Notes: generated by a model from the letters alone, not told the origin. A stretch of 64,000 bases of DNA from Candidatus Rokuibacteriota bacterium (GCA_003220435.1 QHSL01000060.1:47917-111916), one strand, 5' to 3'; positions 46,801-59,574 are shown, counted from the first letter of the stretch. Translations and numbers: made by a program.

Positions 46801-49800
46801 GGCGACGGCCCGGCCCGACGCGCCGACGCCGGCGGGCACCGTGGATCCGAGCTGCAGCACGTTGCGAAGGTGACCGCCCACCGCCAGCGTCACCAGCGAG
46901 CCGTCGGGCTGGAGCAGCCGCAGCGTCGAGGACTGGGCCCGGAAAAATGCGGTGACGCTGTCGACGATCCGCTCGCCGACCGCCCTGGGATCGAGGCTCT
47001 CGGTGAGCGTGCGGGCGAGTCGCGCCAGCTCTTCCGCCTCGAGCCGGCGGCGCGTACCCTCCGTGTAGAGCCGGGCATTCTCCAGCGCGAGCGCGGCCTG
47101 GTCGGCGAGCGCCTCGGCGACGCGGATCTCGTCCTCGCCGAACCGCCGGCCGGGCTGGTCGCCGACGGAGAGCGCCCCCACGACGCGCTCGCCCACCCGC
47201 AGCGGCACCGCCAGCACCGCGCGATGGCCGGCGCGCTCGGGGCGCGGGCGCGTCTCGTCGGTGAACGTGAAGCGGGGGTCCGTCGAGACGTCGGGGGTCG
47301 CGAACGGTCGGCGCTCCTCGACCGCGAGGCCCGCGACACCGATGCCGCTGGGCATCACCGGGTTCCGGCCGACCGCCACTCCGGAGGTGCCCGAGACGGC
47401 GAGCGCGACGAGCGATGCGGACTCCGTCTCGAGGCGATAGAGCGTGGAGGACTCCGCGGCCAGCACGCTGAGGGCGTTATCGGCGACCCGTTGCGCGACG
47501 AGGTCGGGATCGAGGGTTTCCGAGAGGAGTCGGCCGAGGTCGGCCAGCGCCCGCATGCGCTGCGCCTGGCGCGTGGCCTCGTGATACAGGCGGGCGTGCT
47601 CGAGCGCGATCGCCGCCTGCCCGGCGAACGCCTCGGCGATCTCCTGGTCGCGGGCCGAGAACGGTCGCCGCGCTCGGAAGCTGAGCACGCCGATCGCCCG
47701 GTCCGCCACCTTGAGCGGCACGCCGAGGAACGTCGTGTAGCCAAGCCGCTGCTGCGCCTCGTAGTGCTCCGGCACCACGTCGGTGACCGACGTGAGCTCG
47801 CAGTTGATCGTCCCGCCGCTCGTCATGACCCGACCGCTCAGGCTCTCGTCGATCCGGATGCGCGGGCGGAGCATCGTCTCGTGGGCGGCTCCGGCGAGCC
47901 CCGCGATGACCAGTTCGTCGCCGTCGAGCAGGCGGAACCTGGCGTTGTCGACCTCGAGGAGCCGGGCGGCCTCCTCGGCGATCGAGGAGAGCAGCGAGTC
48001 GGTCGGCGTCACCCCGCCGATCTTCTTGTTGATCTCGAGCAGCGCCGCCAGGTAGGCGCGGCGGGCGCGCTCGTCCGCGAACGCCTTGGCGTTGTTGATC
48101 GCGTTCGCGGCGTGCGAGGCCAGGGAGCCCAGGATCTGGATCTCTTCGAGGGTGTGCGCGTGCCGGACCCGGGAGCCCAGCGCCAGCGCGCCGAGCGCCC
48201 GCACGCCGACCTCCAGCGGGACCACGACCACGCTGACCACGCCTTCAGCGCGCACGCGCTCGACGAATCGGGTCCGCGGGTCGTTGAGCACGTCGACGAC
48301 CTCCAGCGGCTCGCGAGTCACGACGACGGTTCCGATCAGTCCCTCCCCCACCCGCAGCCGCGAGACCTCGCCCCTCGCCACGGTGGTGCCCGCCTCGGTC
48401 CGGAGCGAGACATGCCGCGCGTCGTCGTCCACGATCCACAGCTGCGCGGCGCTCGAGCCGAACAGCTCGACCGCGGCGTCGACCACGCGCTGGAACACCT
48501 CGTCGAGGGAGAGCGTGGCGGTGAGCGTGTGGGCCAGGCGCGCCAGCGTCTCGAGCCGCCGGCTCTTCTCGCGACTCTCGATCAGGAGCGTGGCGCGGGC
48601 CACCGCCTGGCCCACCTGATGCGCGACCGCTTGCAAGAGGTTCAGCTCGTCGGCGTCGAACGCGCGGACGTCCCGGGAGATCAGCGCCATCACTCCCCAT
48701 GTCCGGCCGCTCACGGGAATCGGCAGCCCGAGCTGCGTCCGGTAGCCTCCGGCCCGCAGCCGATCGGCCACGTCGGGGGTCAGCGCTTGCGACGACGTGA
48801 GATCCGAGACAACGGGCCGGCCGCTGTCGATCACCTCGCGGACGTGGCTCTGGTCGAGGGGGCGGACCCGAACTCGCTCGATGTCCGCGGGTAGGAGCCC
48901 GCGGTGGCCGACCAGGACGAGCGTCTGCGCCGCGCGGTCGAAGCGGAAGACGGCCCCGAAGTGCATCCGCGCCAGCGCGCACACGACCTCGAGCGTGCGC
49001 TCCGCGGTGACGGTGAGGTCGTCGCCGCTGCCGGTGGCCACCGCGACGGCGTGCAGTGCCTCGAGCTCCCGGCTTCGGCGCGCGTACGGCGCCTCGCGTC
49101 CTTCCGTACGCGGCTCTCGCGATCCTTCCCCTCGCCCCGACACGATGCCCACGACGACCACCCCGACCGCGACGGCCACCGCGCCGCCCAGCGAGACCGC
49201 CCACCAGAACCAGAGGCGCCGGCTCTCGCCTTGATGCTCGCGCTCCGAGACCAGCGCCCAGATGCTGCCGCCGGCTTCGGCGACCGGACGCGCGATCCAC
49301 GACTCCCCCTTGATGCTCACGCGCCCGGTCCGGGCGACGGCGTCCCAGCCCTGCGTCAGCGCGCCGGCCAGCGTGGAGCCGAGCACGCGGTCGCCCGACA
49401 CCACCACGAGCGCCGCGCGGGTCGGCAGGCGCGCCAGCAACGCGTCCAGCGACTCGAAGCGCCGCCCGACCACGACCATGCCGGCGGGGAGCGGCGCGAT
49501 GCCGAGGACGTAGGGCCGCTCGTCGACGACGGCGAGGCGTGCGACGGTCTCCGGGGGGCGGGCGACCGCCGGCACGACGACCGGGCGCGCCGCCGGCACC
49601 TGGACCAGCGGGGCGCCGGTCGCGTCGACGATGAGCAGCAGGTCGGCGAAGCGCTCCCGCGTCAACGCCTGCATCCGCGGCCCCGCACCGCGCGCGAGCG
49701 TGGCCCAGTCGCTCCGGCTCGTGCCCTCGACGACGGCCGGGTCCTGGGCCAGGAGCCACGCCTCGCGACGCACGTCCTCGAGCGCCGTCGCGACGATCGC

Positions 49801-49953
49801 GTGGACGGACGCGAGCGCGGCGCTGACGGTGGTCGCCTGGCGGGACGCGAGCTGGCGCGCGAGCAGCACGCCGGCGACGGACCAGAGCGTGAGGAGACCG
49901 ACGAGCGGGAGAACCAGGCGGCGCACGGATCGGTGTCCGAGCGCGAGCCTCAC
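43867..49953 (-). CDS. Hybrid sensor histidine kinase. It has a periplasmic sensor domain, about nine tandem GAF domains, HisKA + HATPase_c, and a C-terminal receiver domain.
   Basis: Two TM helices flank a periplasmic domain of about 250 aa. Repeated GAF units each end in ...LENARLY/F. HisKA reads ASGVAHDFNNLL. HATPase_c has DSGVGIP and GTGLGLS. The receiver has LVVDDEEDV...D...LVSGF...K. A GTG start at 49953 overlapping the pyk stop (GTGA) is preferred over the in-gene ATG at 50010. Confidence 0.85.
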   Translation of the reverse strand: MRLALGHRSVRRLVLPLVGLLTLWSVAGVLLARQLASRQATTVSAALASVHAIVATALEDVRREAWLLAQDPAVVEGTSRSDWATLARGAGPRMQALTRERFADLLLIVDATGAPLVQVPAARPVVVPAVARPPETVARLAVVDERPYVLGIAPLPAGMVVVGRRFESLDALLARLPTRAALVVVSGDRVLGSTLAGALTQGWDAVARTGRVSIKGESWIARPVAEAGGSIWALVSEREHQGESRRLWFWWAVSLGGAVAVAVGVVVVGIVSGRGEGSREPRTEGREAPYARRSRELEALHAVAVATGSGDDLTVTAERTLEVVCALARMHFGAVFRFDRAAQTLVLVGHRGLLPADIERVRVRPLDQSHVREVIDSGRPVVSDLTSSQALTPDVADRLRAGGYRTQLGLPIPVSGRTWGVMALISRDVRAFDADELNLLQAVAHQVGQAVARATLLIESREKSRRLETLARLAHTLTATLSLDEVFQRVVDAAVELFGSSAAQLWIVDDDARHVSLRTEAGTTVARGEVSRLRVGEGLIGTVVVTREPLEVVDVLNDPRTRFVERVRAEGVVSVVVVPLEVGVRALGALALGSRVRHAHTLEEIQILGSLASHAANAINNAKAFADERARRAYLAALLEINKKIGGVTPTDSLLSSIAEEAARLLEVDNARFRLLDGDELVIAGLAGAAHETMLRPRIRIDESLSGRVMTSGGTINCELTSVTDVVPEHYEAQQRLGYTTFLGVPLKVADRAIGVLSFRARRPFSARDQEIAEAFAGQAAIALEHARLYHEATRQAQRMRALADLGRLLSETLDPDLVAQRVADNALSVLAAESSTLYRLETESASLVALAVSGTSGVAVGRNPVMPSGIGVAGLAVEERRPFATPDVSTDPRFTFTDETRPRPERAGHRAVLAVPLRVGERVVGALSVGDQPGRRFGEDEIRVAEALADQAALALENARLYTEGTRRRLEAEELARLARTLTESLDPRAVGERIVDSVTAFFRAQSSTLRLLQPDGSLVTLAVGGHLRNVLQLGSTVPAGVGASGRAVAEGRAVASADLFTDPTVVMTDDLRATMRQAGDGAVLSVPLRAKGRIIGALALADASGRVFSPAEVALLEAFADQAALALENARLFSLEAARRAQIATLAEAERELAPELDPARLFTLIVERATRLFEANGVIYLVDGDRMLAPRAWTEGGGFGGVTVRFGHGVVGACAEQQRGLIVNDYADSSVALQRWVDLGVTRAVACPLIFQDRLLGVIAMNRAGDPAAPFLDEDLAVLESFAARAAIALENARLYAEARERVRETETLLSLSQAMSTTLDLQALLRHFLRRVTRALGADSAGVWLLDEDGSRLLPVAGYHVPVDLRARMTGFSIPLAEHAFLAEAIRTKRPIFSADVPGDGRIPQFAKELLAHQSHLFVPIVAQERVIGGFSLIWWEQVRELSAGEMALMEAVATQAGVALENVRLFEENRRQVEELSVLHELSQAVTGQLDRVALIEAIRVQVARVLDARHLFVALHDPERKELEIALRVVDGAPDARAPLRYPLGSVGLMSVVIQTGRPLRTDDYIGECARRGVEPTLAVAPLRYWLGVPMMADEAVLGVLGLRSAEGAFSVAHERLLTNIAHLVALALRSAQLFEERTRAYGELAAAQDQLVRTEKLRALGEMASGVAHDFNNLLASILGRAQLTLQRLEDPQLRQWLKVIERAALDGAQTVRRLQEFTRTRRDQPFVAINLNEIVREALEITQSSWKEEPSSRGVALDVRTSFANLPRVAGDPAELREAMTNLILNALDAMPGGGSLTLTTAVEGDEVVVTVVDSGVGIPEAIRGKIFDPFFTTKGPQGTGLGLSMTYGILTRHGARITVESQEGRGTTFRLRFTPRAAPERAETVSAVEPAPPGVSLRCLVVDDEEDVGAVLGDLLEMAGHRVVVLNDGGEAIARIRSEFFDLVFTDLAMPRVSGWQVAQAVKEHAPAVPVVLVSGFGVELSAAERQTHGVELVLGKPLKIEDVLNVVGAVARRRLGLT

Positions 49954-51383
49954 GTGCGGCGCTCGCCCACCCGGTGAAGCTTCAATAGATTTGTCGTCCC
50001 TCGGACCCACATCGGTGAGCCGGAGATGATAACGATCACGTCATTGGCACGCATCGAGTCGTCGCCGAGCAGGGTCGCCTCGACCTCCTCGATCATCTCG
50101 TCGGTCGTCTCGACCTTCCGGATGAGACGTGACGAGACCCCCCACGAGAGGGCCAGCCGTCGCTGGACCTCGACGAACGGGGTGAGCGCGATGATCGGCA
50201 CGTCCGGGCGCGCCTGGGAGATCAGTCGGGCCGAGAAGCCCGATTCGGTGAACGCCACGATGGCGCGCGCACCGAGCGCATGCGCCGCAGTCGCCGCCGC
50301 GTCCGAGATCGCTTCCGGGAAGCTCGCGCTCGGACGTCGCCGCCGCTCCCGGTCGATGGCCAGCACCGCGCCGTCCGCGCGCTCCGCGATCCGCGCCATG
50401 ACCGCGACGGCCTCGGCGGGATACCGCCCGGTGGCCGTCTCGGCCGACAGCATGATCGCGTCGGCGCCGTCGAAGATCGCCGTGGCGACGTCCGACACCT
50501 CGGCGCGCGTCGGGCGGAGATGCGTCACCATCGACTCGAGCATCTGGGTCGCGACGATCACGGCGACCTTGGCGCCGCGCGCCTGGCGGATGATCTCCTT
50601 CTGGATGTGGGGAACGTCCTCGAGCGGCACGTCCACGCCCAGATCGCCGCGGGCGACCATGACCGCGTCGACGACGTTCAGGATACCAGGCAGGTTGGCG
50701 AGGACCTCGTGCCGCTCGAGCTTGGCGACGAGCGGCACGTCGTCGGCGCCCTCGGCTCGCAGGAAGCTCCGCACCTCCTCGATGTCGTCGGCCGAGCGCA
50801 CGAACGAGACCGCGACGAAGTCGACGCGCTGTCGGAGGCCGAAGCGCAGGTCCGCACGGTCCTTGTCGGTCAGGCAGGACATCGGCAGCGACACGTGCGG
50901 CAGCGAGAGCCCCTTGTGGTCGCTGATGCGCCCACCGGCCACCACCCGGCACCGGACCTCGTCCGGTAGCACGGCCTCGACGCGAAGCTGGATCATCCCG
51001 TCGTCCATCCAGATCTGGTCGCCCGGCCGTAAATCCTTCAAGAACTCCGGATGGGTGATCGACGCGCGCTCGGCGGTGCCGACGACCGGTCGCATGCTGA
51101 GCGCGAACACACCGTCCGGCTCGAGGTCCACGCGCGCGCCGCCGCCGGGCCCGAACGTGCCCAGCCGGATCTTGGGCCCCTGCAGATCTTGAAGTATGGC
51201 CACCGGCCGGCCCCAGCGGGCCTCGCCTTCACGAATGCGACGGATGACTTCGGCGTGCTCCTCGTGCGTGCCGTGGGAGAAGTTGAGGCGCGCGACGTCC
51301 AAGCCGGCCGCCGCGAGGCGGTCCAGCTCGGCGGTGCTGCTGCTGGCGGGACCGATCGTGCAGACGATCTTGGTCCGGCGCAT
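49950..51383 (-). CDS. pyk: Pyruvate kinase.
   Basis: MRRTKIVCTIGPASSS...ARLNFSHG...MVARGDLGVD...VIVATQMLESM are canonical pyruvate kinase motifs. The product is 477 aa. Confidence 0.9.
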   Translation of the reverse strand: MRRTKIVCTIGPASSSTAELDRLAAAGLDVARLNFSHGTHEEHAEVIRRIREGEARWGRPVAILQDLQGPKIRLGTFGPGGGARVDLEPDGVFALSMRPVVGTAERASITHPEFLKDLRPGDQIWMDDGMIQLRVEAVLPDEVRCRVVAGGRISDHKGLSLPHVSLPMSCLTDKDRADLRFGLRQRVDFVAVSFVRSADDIEEVRSFLRAEGADDVPLVAKLERHEVLANLPGILNVVDAVMVARGDLGVDVPLEDVPHIQKEIIRQARGAKVAVIVATQMLESMVTHLRPTRAEVSDVATAIFDGADAIMLSAETATGRYPAEAVAVMARIAERADGAVLAIDRERRRRPSASFPEAISDAAATAAHALGARAIVAFTESGFSARLISQARPDVPIIALTPFVEVQRRLALSWGVSSRLIRKVETTDEMIEEVEATLLGDDSMRANDVIVIISGSPMWVRGTTNLLKLHRVGERRT

Positions 51384-51386
51384 GCG

Positions 51387-54281
<2,895 letters not shown>

Positions 54282-54309
54282 GGCGCCCTATTATACGGCC
54301 CGCACTGCG

Positions 54310-56016
54310 TCAGCGTCGCGAGGCCGCGGCGACATTCCACACGCGGCTCGCGGTCCACGCCAGGGGGGCGGCGGCCAGCGCCGGATAGGTCCACACCACG
54401 CCGGCCCACCCCGGCAGGCGTGAGCCGTACGTGGCAACGCCCGCCAGCGCGATCATGCCGGCGAGCGAGCCGGCCAGCCGTGCCCAGCGGTCGGCGCCGG
54501 CGAGACCGGGCGCCACGATGATCGACGCCGTCAGCCCGAGCCCGGCGAACAACAGTCGCGACGCGTCGCCGGGCCACAGGACAGCGGCGGCGGCGGCTAC
54601 GACTAGGATCACGGTCGTCGGATCGGCCAACACCGCTCGCACCGCGGGCGGCCCGAAGGAGACGAAGGGGGACTTCGATCGACTCGACCGGTCCAGCGTC
54701 GCGTCGAGGATGTCGCGCAACGCCGTCGCGGTCGCGAGAAAGAGCATGAGGAGTCCGGCAGCCCCCACCAGCGCGAGGGTCCGACCGGGCGCGCCCGGAA
54801 CGACTGCCGCCGGCAAGCCGAACACCGCGGCGAGCGCCGGCACCCCGATGGAGAGCCCGGGAGCGGCATACGCGCTGTAGATGCCGAGGCAGGCGGCGAT
54901 GAGCACCAGCACGAACAGGAGTCCCGCGCCGGTCGGAAGGCCTTCACCGGCCACCGCCCGACGCGACCGGAACAGAGCGAGTGCGCCGCCGACCAGTGAG
55001 AACACCGCCCCGAGCGCGCGCGCCGCCGTCGAGACGGTTCCCCGCTCGGGCGGATCGGCCCACGCGGCACCCGAGGCCGCCGCCCCTGGGACGCGCTTGC
55101 CCGCCTCGAACTTCAGGCGCGCCCCGGCGTCCAGCACGAGCCGGTCGCCGGGGCGCAGCGACAGCGCGTCCCCCGCACGCAGCTGCCACTCGCGGAGGCG
55201 GTCGAGCTCGAAGACGCGAAACGTCGCCGGGGCGAGCGCGGTGACGCGATGAGCCTCGGTGAACTCTAGGGCGACCGGCGCGGTGAGGGTTCGACCTTCG
55301 GTCACCCAGGAGTGGCGCTCGCCGAACGTGAGCGCCGGTCGCGACGCCACGTCGCGCCATGCGCTCCACGGGGAGACCGCCACCGTCAGCGCGACGACCG
55401 CCACCGGGACCACGAACCCCAGAACGCCGGCGCAGAGCAGCGTGAGACCTTTGCCGCCGGCGACGAAGTCGGCGCGGAGGCGGACGGCCATCAAGGCGAG
55501 CGCTGCCGCCACGAGAGTCGCCGCCCAGCGTGGATAGCCCAGGGCTCGCGCGACGTCGCCCAGAAGCGAGAGGTTCGCCCAGAGCACGAGCCCGATACTC
55601 AGGCCGGTTGCCACCGGCGCGACGGGGTTCTCGCGTACGGTCTCGTGCGTGGCCGGGACCAGCAATGCGATCAGCGGCGCCACGGTGATCGCGAGGACCG
55701 CGGCCGGCGCCTCCGCGGCGCCCGAGAAGACGGATGCCGCCACGACCGCGAGGATGACCGGCGACGCCCACGCGGCCACGCCGAGCGCGGCGGAGCCGGC
55801 GGGAACGGCGCCCTTGGCGCCGGCGCCGCGTTCGACGGCGGCCACCACGAGCACGGCGGCGAGCGGAGCGGCGAGGGCCGCGTACCACCAGAGCAGGCTG
55901 ATCCCGGCGAGCCTGAGAGCTCCGGGGTTGCCCGGCGCCGCCATCAGGAGGAGAGCGCCGGCGAGGAGACCGAGCAGGGTCGCGACTCCCGCCCGGCGCC
56001 GAGCGGCCGTCGGCAT
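54310..56016 (-). CDS. Polytopic integral membrane protein of unknown function.
   Basis: [26 protein letters not shown]... has at least 12 hydrophobic helices rich in Ala/Leu/Val. I recognise no catalytic motif. Confidence 0.55.
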   Translation of the reverse strand: MPTAARRRAGVATLLGLLAGALLLMAAPGNPGALRLAGISLLWWYAALAAPLAAVLVVAAVERGAGAKGAVPAGSAALGVAAWASPVILAVVAASVFSGAAEAPAAVLAITVAPLIALLVPATHETVRENPVAPVATGLSIGLVLWANLSLLGDVARALGYPRWAATLVAAALALMAVRLRADFVAGGKGLTLLCAGVLGFVVPVAVVALTVAVSPWSAWRDVASRPALTFGERHSWVTEGRTLTAPVALEFTEAHRVTALAPATFRVFELDRLREWQLRAGDALSLRPGDRLVLDAGARLKFEAGKRVPGAAASGAAWADPPERGTVSTAARALGAVFSLVGGALALFRSRRAVAGEGLPTGAGLLFVLVLIAACLGIYSAYAAPGLSIGVPALAAVFGLPAAVVPGAPGRTLALVGAAGLLMLFLATATALRDILDATLDRSSRSKSPFVSFGPPAVRAVLADPTTVILVVAAAAAVLWPGDASRLLFAGLGLTASIIVAPGLAGADRWARLAGSLAGMIALAGVATYGSRLPGWAGVVWTYPALAAAPLAWTASRVWNVAAASRR

Positions 56017-56162
56017 CGCGCGATTATAGCGTTCCCACGCCACCCCCTGAATCGTTATCCTGAAACCTAGCATCTGTTGGAGCGGGGTCCGGGAGACCGG
56101 CTCGAACCGAGGGTGGCCCGAGAGAGGCGCGGCGTGGCTCCGACACGCACGAGGAGGGATCC

Positions 56163-56861
56163 TTGCCCGAAAAGATCGAGCGCGTCATGGTCGTGACGGC
56201 CCACCCTGACGATTCGGAGTTCGGCGCCGGTGGGACCATCGCGAAGCTGGTCAAGGAGGGCTGCGAGGTTACGTACGTGATCGTGACGAACGGCAACAAG
56301 GGCTCGAGCGATCGCACGATGACGCCCGAGCGCCTGGCGCTGATTCGCGCCGAGGAGCAGCGCAACGCCGCCCGCACCCTCGGGGTGGCGCGCATCGAGT
56401 TCCTCGGCTATCCCGACTGCGAGGTCGAGGACACCCGCGACCTGCGCCGCGACGTGACCCGGCAGATCCGAAAGTGGCGCCCCGACCTCCTGATCGCGAT
56501 GAACCCGAACCGCACCTACAACCTCGGCGGCTCCCACCGCGACCATCGCATCACCGCCGCCGTCGCCCTCGATTGTGTCTATCCGCTGGCCCGCGATCAC
56601 ATGTCGTTCCCGGAGCTCATACCCGACTACGAGCCGCACAAGGTGGTCGAGGTCTACCTGATGCAGTGGGAGACCCCCAACCTCGTGGTCGATATCACGG
56701 ACGTCATCGATCTGAAAATCAAGGCGCTGACCTGCCACGCGAGCCAGTTCAAGGATTTCGCGGCGGTCGAGAAGCGCATACGCGAGCGCTCGGCCGAGCT
56801 CGGCAAGGCGAAAGGCTACGCGTACGCGGAGACCTTCGACCGGATCGTCCTCTCGCGATGA
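56163..56861 (+). CDS. PIG-L / LmbE-family N-acetylglucosaminyl deacetylase.
   Basis: VVTAHPDDSEFGAGGT matches the HPDDE zinc-binding motif of the LmbE/PIG-L family. A TTG start follows an AGGAGG Shine-Dalgarno sequence. Confidence 0.8.
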   Translation: MPEKIERVMVVTAHPDDSEFGAGGTIAKLVKEGCEVTYVIVTNGNKGSSDRTMTPERLALIRAEEQRNAARTLGVARIEFLGYPDCEVEDTRDLRRDVTRQIRKWRPDLLIAMNPNRTYNLGGSHRDHRITAAVALDCVYPLARDHMSFPELIPDYEPHKVVEVYLMQWETPNLVVDITDVIDLKIKALTCHASQFKDFAAVEKRIRERSAELGKAKGYAYAETFDRIVLSR

Positions 56862-57595
56862 GCAAGTACGGGCCGGCGCTGGTCAGCGTGGCGCTCTCGC
56901 TCGGCGCCATCGTGGGCTACTTCTCGCTGCTGCGCGTGCCCCTCATCCGGAATCACCCCCTGCTCTACATCGTCGCCTTCGCGCTCGCGGCGGCGATCGC
57001 GGCCGTCGCCGCGCTGCGGGCCCCCCGCTGGCCGAGCCTGACGGCGCTCGCGATCTCGCTGGCGCTCCTGATCCTCGGCAGCTACTTCAACTTCGTCATG
57101 GCGAAGATTCCGCAGAGCTTGATCGCGGCGCGCGTTGGCCAGCCGGCGCCGGACTTCACGCTGCCGGACGCCAAGGGCGCGCCCGTCACGCTCGCGTCGT
57201 TTCGCGGCCGCTCGCCGGTTGTGGTCGTCTTCTATCGCGGCTACTGGTGACCCTTCTGCGTGTCTGAGCTCCAAGGCCTTGGAGCCGTGCTCACGGAGCT
57301 GGGTGACGAGGGCGTGCAGATCCTGGCGATCAGTCCCGATTCGAACGAGCGGAGCCAGGAGCTCGCCGAGCGGCTGCGCGCCCGCTACCGCTTCCTCGCC
57401 GATCGCGACCTCGCGGTGACGAAGCGGTACGGCCTCCTCCACCCTCGCGGCGGCGAAAAGGGCCAGGACGTGCCGGTGCCGGCGACCGTCGTCCTCGACC
57501 GCGACGGGATCGTTCGGTGGCTCACGGTGGCCGACAACTACCAGGTGCGACCCGATCCGGCCGATGTCGCGCGTGTCGTGCGGGCGATCAAGTGA
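56858..57595 (+). CDS. Candidate selenoprotein: a membrane-anchored TlpA/ResA-like (AhpC/TSA-redoxin fold) thiol:disulfide oxidoreductase. The in-frame TGA at 57248-57250 sits in a W-U-PFC motif.
   Basis: ATG at 56858 (overlapping the upstream stop as ATGA) gives three TM helices, then QPAPDFTLPDAKGAPVTLASFRGRSPVVVVFYRGYW-[TGA]-PFCVSELQGLGAVLTELGDEGVQILAISPDS.... This is the TlpA/ResA WCxxC redoxin pattern with the first Cys replaced by TGA. The track splits it at the TGA into ORFs 56474..57250 and 57260..57595, which share a frame. A palindromic hairpin GCUCCAAGGCCUUGGAGC starts 17 nt after the UGA. Confidence 0.6.
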
Positions 57596-57688
57596 TGGTC
57601 GTGCGAGCCGAGGCGGTGCCTCCGCCGAGGCGAGTCTAGTGATGGTCGTGCGAGCCGAGGCGGTGCCTCCGCCGAGGCGAGTCTATCA
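57591..57688. repeat. A 49-bp unit duplicated in direct tandem (GTGATGGTCGTGCGAGCCGAGGCGGTGCCTCCGCCGAGGCGAGTCTA).
   Basis: The copies at 57591-57639 and 57640-57688 are identical except for the last 2 nt. Each holds a GGCGG-N5-CCGCC hairpin. Copy 1 overlaps the stop codon of the preceding gene and copy 2 ends at the YbaK start. Confidence 0.85.
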
Positions 57689-58177
57689 ATGATCGAAAAT
57701 GCCAGCGTTCAGCGGGTCCGGGAGGCGCTGACGGCGGCCGGCGGCGGCCACACCGTAGTCGCCCTGCAACAGCCGGCGCGGACGGCGGCCGAGGCGGCGC
57801 AGGCGGTCGGCTGCCGCGTCGACCAGATCGCGAAGTCGCTGGTGTTCCGCGCCACTCGGAGCCAGCGCGCGGTGCTGGTCGTCGCGAGCGGCGCCAACCG
57901 CGTCGACGAGCTCAAGATCGCCGGGCTCCTCGCCGAGCCCATCGCCCGCGCCGACGCGGACTTCGTGCGCGCTCGGACAGGCTACGCGATCGGCGGCGTC
58001 GCGCCGATCGCCCACGCCGAGCCGCTCACGATCCTGATCGACGAAGACCTGATGCAGTGGCCGGAGATCTGGGCGGCGGCCGGTCACCCGAACACGGTCT
58101 TCAAGCTCACGCCCGACGACCTCGTGCGGATGACCGGCGGCCGCGTCGCACCCGTCAGGACTGGAGATGGAAGATGA
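57689..58177 (+). CDS. YbaK/ProX-family aminoacyl-tRNA deacylase (trans-editing domain protein).
   Basis: The product is 162 aa. ...IAKSLVFR...AVLVVASGANRVDELKIAGLL...TGYAIGGVAPIAH is the YbaK/prolyl-tRNA-synthetase-editing-domain pattern. Confidence 0.75.
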   Translation: MIENASVQRVREALTAAGGGHTVVALQQPARTAAEAAQAVGCRVDQIAKSLVFRATRSQRAVLVVASGANRVDELKIAGLLAEPIARADADFVRARTGYAIGGVAPIAHAEPLTILIDEDLMQWPEIWAAAGHPNTVFKLTPDDLVRMTGGRVAPVRTGDGR

Positions 58178-59574
58178 CCATCTTCAGCTCGGTCATCTCC
58201 TCGATCGCGTAGGCCGGTCCCTCTTTCCCAAAGCCCGACTCCTTGAGGCCGCCGTACGGCATGCGGTCGGCACGCCACTGCGGGCCCCAGTTCACGTGCA
58301 GGTTCCCCGCCTGTACCTCGCGCGCGAACTTCCACGCCCACTCGAGGTTCTCGGTGAAGATCCCGGCGGCGAGCCCGTAGTTCGTGTCGTTGGCGAGCGC
58401 TATCGCCTCGTCGATGTCGGTGAACGGCGAGACGGCGACGGCCGGGCCGAACAGCTCGTCGCAGGAGATCCGCATGTCCGGCTTGACGTCCGCCACGATC
58501 GTCGGCGCGTACATCGCTCCCTGGCGCGTGCCGCCGGTGACGACTCGCGCGCCGCTCGCCACCGCCTCGCGCACCCACTCGTCCACCCGGGCCGCCTCCT
58601 TCTCGCGGATCATCGGACCGATCTGGACGCTCGCGTCGAGCTGATTGCCGACCTTGAGCGCGCTGACCTTGGGCCGCAGCGCATCGAGGAAATCGTCGTA
58701 GACGCGCGACGCGGTCAGGACACGCTGAGTGGAGATGCAGACCTGCCCCGCGTTCGCGTAGCCGGTCGACGCGACCGCGGCGGCGACCTTGTCCAGGTCG
58801 GCGTCCGGCATCACGATCACCGGCGCGTTCGAGCCGAGCTCCATCGTCACCCGCTTGATGCCGGCCGTCTTGCAGATGTGCTCGCCGACGTCGCGGCTGC
58901 CGGTGAAGGTGATCTTGCGCACGCGGCGATCGGCCACCAGTGCGTCGCCGATGTCCCCGCCCGACCCGGTGAGGATGTTGATGCCCTCCGGGGGCAGGCC
59001 GGCCTCGAGCAGGATCTCGGTCAACCGGATCGCCGACAGCGGCGTGTCGGTCGCCGGCTTCACGATCACGGCGTTGCCGCCGGCGATCGCGGGGCCGACC
59101 TTGTGGCAGACCAGGTTCAGCGGGAAGTTGAAGGGGCTGATCGCGACCACGACGCCGCACGGCACGCGGATCGTCACGCCGAACTTTCCCTTGCCGTGCG
59201 ACGCCGCGTCGAGCGCGACGGTCTCGCCGTGGACGCGCTTGGCCTCCTCGGCCGACTCCATGATCGTGTCGACGGCCCGCAGCGCCTCGGCGCGTCCCTC
59301 GGCGACGATCTTCCCCTCCTCCCTCGAGATCAGCGTGCCGAGCTCCTCGACGCGCGCGGCCAGCAGCTCGGCGGCGCGATGGAGGATCTTCCAGCGCTCG
59401 TGGCTCGTCAGCTTCGCCATCGCTCGAGCGCCCCGCTCGGCCGACTGGAGCGCGCGCTCGATGTCACCGCGATCGGCGCGCGGCACGGTGTCGATGACGC
59501 TGTTGTCGTACGAATTGCGCACCTCGATCTTCTGGTCCTTGTCGATCCACTGGCCGGCCACGTACATTTTCATT
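58155..59574 (-). CDS. NAD(P)+-dependent aldehyde dehydrogenase.
   Basis: MKMYVAGQWI... contains TFTGS and GSRDVG. ELGSNAP holds the catalytic Glu and VCISTQRV the catalytic Cys. EGPAYAIEE is the ALDH C-terminal motif. The product is 473 aa. The 625-aa track ORF extends spuriously upstream. Confidence 0.9.
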
